Source: Antedon mediterranea (lineage: Eukaryota > Animalia > Echinodermata). Taken from it: DNA of 64,000 nucleotides. How positions within the stretch are numbered: position 1 is the stretch's first letter; each line of letters starts with the position of its first letter. The stretch covers positions 7,254,001-7,318,000 of the forward strand of contig NC_092674.1 of NCBI RefSeq assembly GCF_964355755.1. The letters are read 5' to 3'. Positions 60,509-64,000 of this stretch are shown in pieces. The position numbers were made by a program, and so were the translations under genes. The notes under the pieces are model-generated. The model was given only the letters and a program-made list of their open reading frames with translations, did not search any database and was not told the origin of the DNA.

Positions 60509-61560
60509 TAAGGCTTAGATTGGTTGTATTTAACTCCAATAGAGAAACGTGCATGTAAACATAGACTAGCTAATGGTGAATAAAGCACCTTGTATCAGAA
60601 ACATAGGAAGGAAACAATTGGTGTAGCTAGCAGTATCACTATTTCTTGTTAAACAATTCAACTTGGTTCAGGAAGTTCACCAGCAAAAGAATGACCGAAG
60701 AATGACAGTAGGATCTTTTAAAGTACGGCAAGAAGAATGACACTCCAGAATGTGATGCGAGTGGCAGAAAGGTTAATGATGTTTGAGGCCAAACTAAAAA
60801 ACTACATGGAGAAATTGTATCCAGTTCCAGTTGTATCCAGGATCTTGTCTCGTATGAAATTTTCAATACTCACCACCCACCTCAATTCCCCAGCACAGAT
60901 CGTCATATTTTATATTAATAATTATATTTAAAGTATCTTTGCCTTGTCTGTTTTTAACCTCTCGCTACGGCCTTGGTGTCAGCCAAATCTCTCTTTCTAA
61001 TACCCTTTTCATATCAATTGAAGTTTCTATATTAGTGTCCCATACAAAAGCCTGTCCCTGAAATAATGTTTGTGTGTATAGTATTGTTTACATTATATTT
61101 CTGTATGTTTTTGCCATACACTCTACTCACTTGAAAAGAAATACCTGCTTAATTAATTGTAAATATTTATGTTACAAAAAATAAAAGAAACCTGAACACT
61201 GGTGATTACCATATTCTATCCATCAGCCATCATTCTATATGGTTATTAATAGAACTGAATTACATTGAAATATCTGTAATTACATTATGTTAATTTCATA
61301 ATAACATTAACATTAGTGTATACAAACTCGAGGAATGTATATATTACAACATACACATCATTATTATTATTCATCGAATCAACACACGTTAGTAAATTCA
61401 AGCATCATGAGATGATGCGCGATTTATCATAATTACTGCGCGTTATTCTAAAAATAACTTGAGGAATCATAAGCAAAATGCTATGCTAAGTATTTAAACA
61501 ACTTGAAGTAGATAAACTGTAACCTTCTCAAGAGAATCAATGTTATGTTTAGTTTTACTA

Positions 61561-62098
61561 CAGCTGTGGATAACTATCTCTACCATAGCAATGCACTGGA
61601 CCAGGCAATGATGTACCGTATACTAGGCCTATTAGTATTATATTACGCATTATGTAATAGGGAATTTGCCAGTGAAGGGAGTGATAGGTATTATTAATGC
61701 AATAAATATCACAAATGAAGGGATACTGCATACCCACAGCTGTGGATAACTATCTCTACCATAGCAATGCACTGGACCAGGCAATGATATACCGTATACT
61801 AGGCCTATTAGTATTATATTACGCATTATGTAATAGGGAATTTGCCAGTGAAGGGGCTGATAGGTATTAATGCAATAAATATCACAAATGAAGGGACACT
61901 GCATACCCACAGCTGTGGATACTATCTCTACCATAGCAATGCACTGGACCAGGCAATGATATACCGTATACTAGGCCTATTATATTATGCATTATGCAAT
62001 AGAGACTTTGCCAATGAAGGGGCTGATAGGTAGTAATGCAATAAATATTACAAATGAAGGGATATATACCCACAGCTGTTGATAACTATCTCTACCAT
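61561..62098. repeat. Tandem repeat, about 163-176 bp x3 plus a partial unit
   Basis: CAGCTGT(G/T)GATA(A)CTATCTCTACCA starts at 61561, 61737, 61910 and 62073. A degenerate continuation lies near 62555-62605. Confidence 0.9.
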
Positions 62099-62149
62099 TC
62101 CACTGGGAATGATATTATTAATTTGGCATATGTTTATAAAATAATTAAT

Positions 62150-62397
62150 TGTTATATTTCTTTTATTCCTGTCTACCCAGGCAGCACTTGCCAACTCATA
62201 CGCTATGACTTTATCCAAATTCCCTCACTTGCACTGATGAAGGGCTAGTGTTGCCCGAAAGCTCTGCTAACTTTTCTGGCTGTTTACTTTATCGTTTTGA
62301 TTTAGCTTTTCGCTTTTTTTTTGTATCTCCATTGAGATCCAGCCACTGATACCCACAGCATTGTCATTTTTTTCAGTAATTTGCCTTTGGATTTATA
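62150..62397 (+). mobile_element. Penelope-type short element with hammerhead motif, copy 2
   Basis: Flanked by the direct repeat TTTATAAAATAATTAAT (62133-62149 / 62392-62408). Homologous to 30290-30525. Confidence 0.72.
62229..62270 (+). ncRNA. Minimal type I hammerhead ribozyme motif
   Basis: UUGCA-CUGAUGA-A-GGGC(UAGUGUU)GCCC-GAAA-GC-UC-UGCUAA. Confidence 0.65.
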
Positions 62398-62682
62398 AAA
62401 TAATTAATGTATACAAATAATTTTAAGGTGAAAGCTTAAATTCTATTTTCATAGTACTATTGCATGATCGTTAAATAGTAAGTACTTTTGCATACCATGT
62501 GATCCCCAATCATCCAATCAAATGACGGGAATTTATGTTATTACTGTACAGTAATATGTATTATGCAATTAGGGATGTTGGCAGTGAAGGGACTGGTAAT
62601 GCAACAATAATTGTAAAAGAGTAATTCAAAAGAGTAATTCTAAAGAGCTTCTTTTGGTATGAATGATTAAATTAAATATGAA

Positions 62683-62710
62683 CTAGATGTTACCCATACA
62701 ATGGACGGGC
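62683..62710 (-). mobile_element. Possible Helitron 3' terminus
   Basis: Minus strand reads GCCCGT-CCATTGT-ATGGGT hairpin, AACAT, CTAG|T. The 5' end was not located. Confidence 0.4.
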
Positions 62711-64000
62711 CTCATCTAACAATTGCCAATGTCTGTAACCTGATTGTTAGTTACGGAAAATGGAAGAGAATTTGAGGCATTCGGCTGCTGAAAAGATGTT
62801 GGCTAAAAAAAGCTCAAACATATTTGCTGAATTCTAACATATTTGAACATTGGCTGAAGGGGAGATTAAAACATACCGCAGTTTGAATGGCGTGAATATT
62901 GGTATTTTGGAGATACAGTAGAGTACCAAAAAAAAAAAACGACTGTAGTCTTAATAAGAAAGACTTACACTATTCTTTACAACTACAGTAAACAACTTAA
63001 AAAAAAAAATCTCAATAACAAAAAAAATTGCATTAAAAACCACAAACAAGCTGAATTACTTAATTTTGTTTTTCCATGAAGAGATGTATCAAAGTTCATC
63101 GACCAGTTTGATAATTAAATTTCATTCGTACTTATAATTTTATTGGTGTGCAAGTCACGAATGCGTGTTATTAAATCTACACTACGTATGCTTAGGATCT
63201 ACATTATAATTATTGCCGAGATATTTCATACTTAATCAATAACGTACCTATATTATTTTCATATAGAAAGAGATTAATTATTATATATCTTTGTTCATAT
63301 AAAAACATACATTGCAGCATGAAACACTGAATTGTAGTATTATGATTATTATTTTTAATTCTTACATACTGTACCATCATTGAATAATGTCTAAATCAAC
63401 CATTATAATTAATATTAAATTTTTTTTAAACTTAATAATTATTTATAATTATAATGTATAGCCAAATTCATTATTGTTTTAACTACAGTACATCGTCTTT
63501 TACGATTACTAAATACTATTTTTAATTTTGCCATGCCATCACCATTGAGTAATATCTAAAACAATCCATTTATTATGATTAATTTATAACTTTTTAACTT
63601 AATAATTAATTTTTTCAACATTGTAAAGACTTTCACTAGTTAGTTTTACATGGTGGATCTCACCACTTAATAATAACTAAATCTCCGAGTTTGGTATGAT
63701 CGGGAGTGGCTACCTACCATTATTTCTAAGAAATCTATTAAACGGAAATCTATTTTAAGAAACATATTTTGAAAATTATTATTTAAAGGGATGAAAATTA
63801 AATTAGCAAGAAATATTAAGCATTTCCTTTAATTGTATAGTCAGTAAACATTTAGCATAATATATAACCTTGGTTGTAAAAATCGTAAAATTTTTATTTT
63901 TAGCTGTGGCGACATCTCTGTTGACAGCGTGTGCGCCATTCACTTTGCTCTTTAATGTTCCCTGGCAACTACCAGCCAATTTTAATATTGACATAATTCA

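Overview
AT-rich, intron-containing animal genomic DNA, probably from a marine invertebrate (the taxon is a guess). I can support three protein-coding genes. (1) The 5' part of an uncharacterised minus-strand gene with duplicated Lys/Glu-rich exons (<1-1476), preceded by a duplicated promoter module carrying a forkhead motif and an RFX X-box. (2) A complete 14-exon PCF11 on the plus strand (5924-19384, about 2111 aa by my exon assembly). (3) A convergent minus-strand MTUS1/MTUS2-family gene with an N-terminal CAP-Gly domain (13 phase-consistent exons, 28071-52111; start exon uncertain). Non-coding DNA is dense in non-autonomous DNA transposons (Harbinger-type, Kolobok-type, Tc1/pogo-type, Helentron-type), SINE remnants and tandem repeats. 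The most notable observations are four. There are many TA-[3-6 nt]-TA insertions that look like transposon excision footprints, several of them provable by comparing sibling repeat copies. Two ~245-bp Penelope-type elements each carry a minimal hammerhead ribozyme motif. A fully palindromic 196-bp satellite sits right behind the PCF11 3' end. PCF11 intron 1 holds a candidate premature-termination exon. All coordinates were read by eye and no searches were run.
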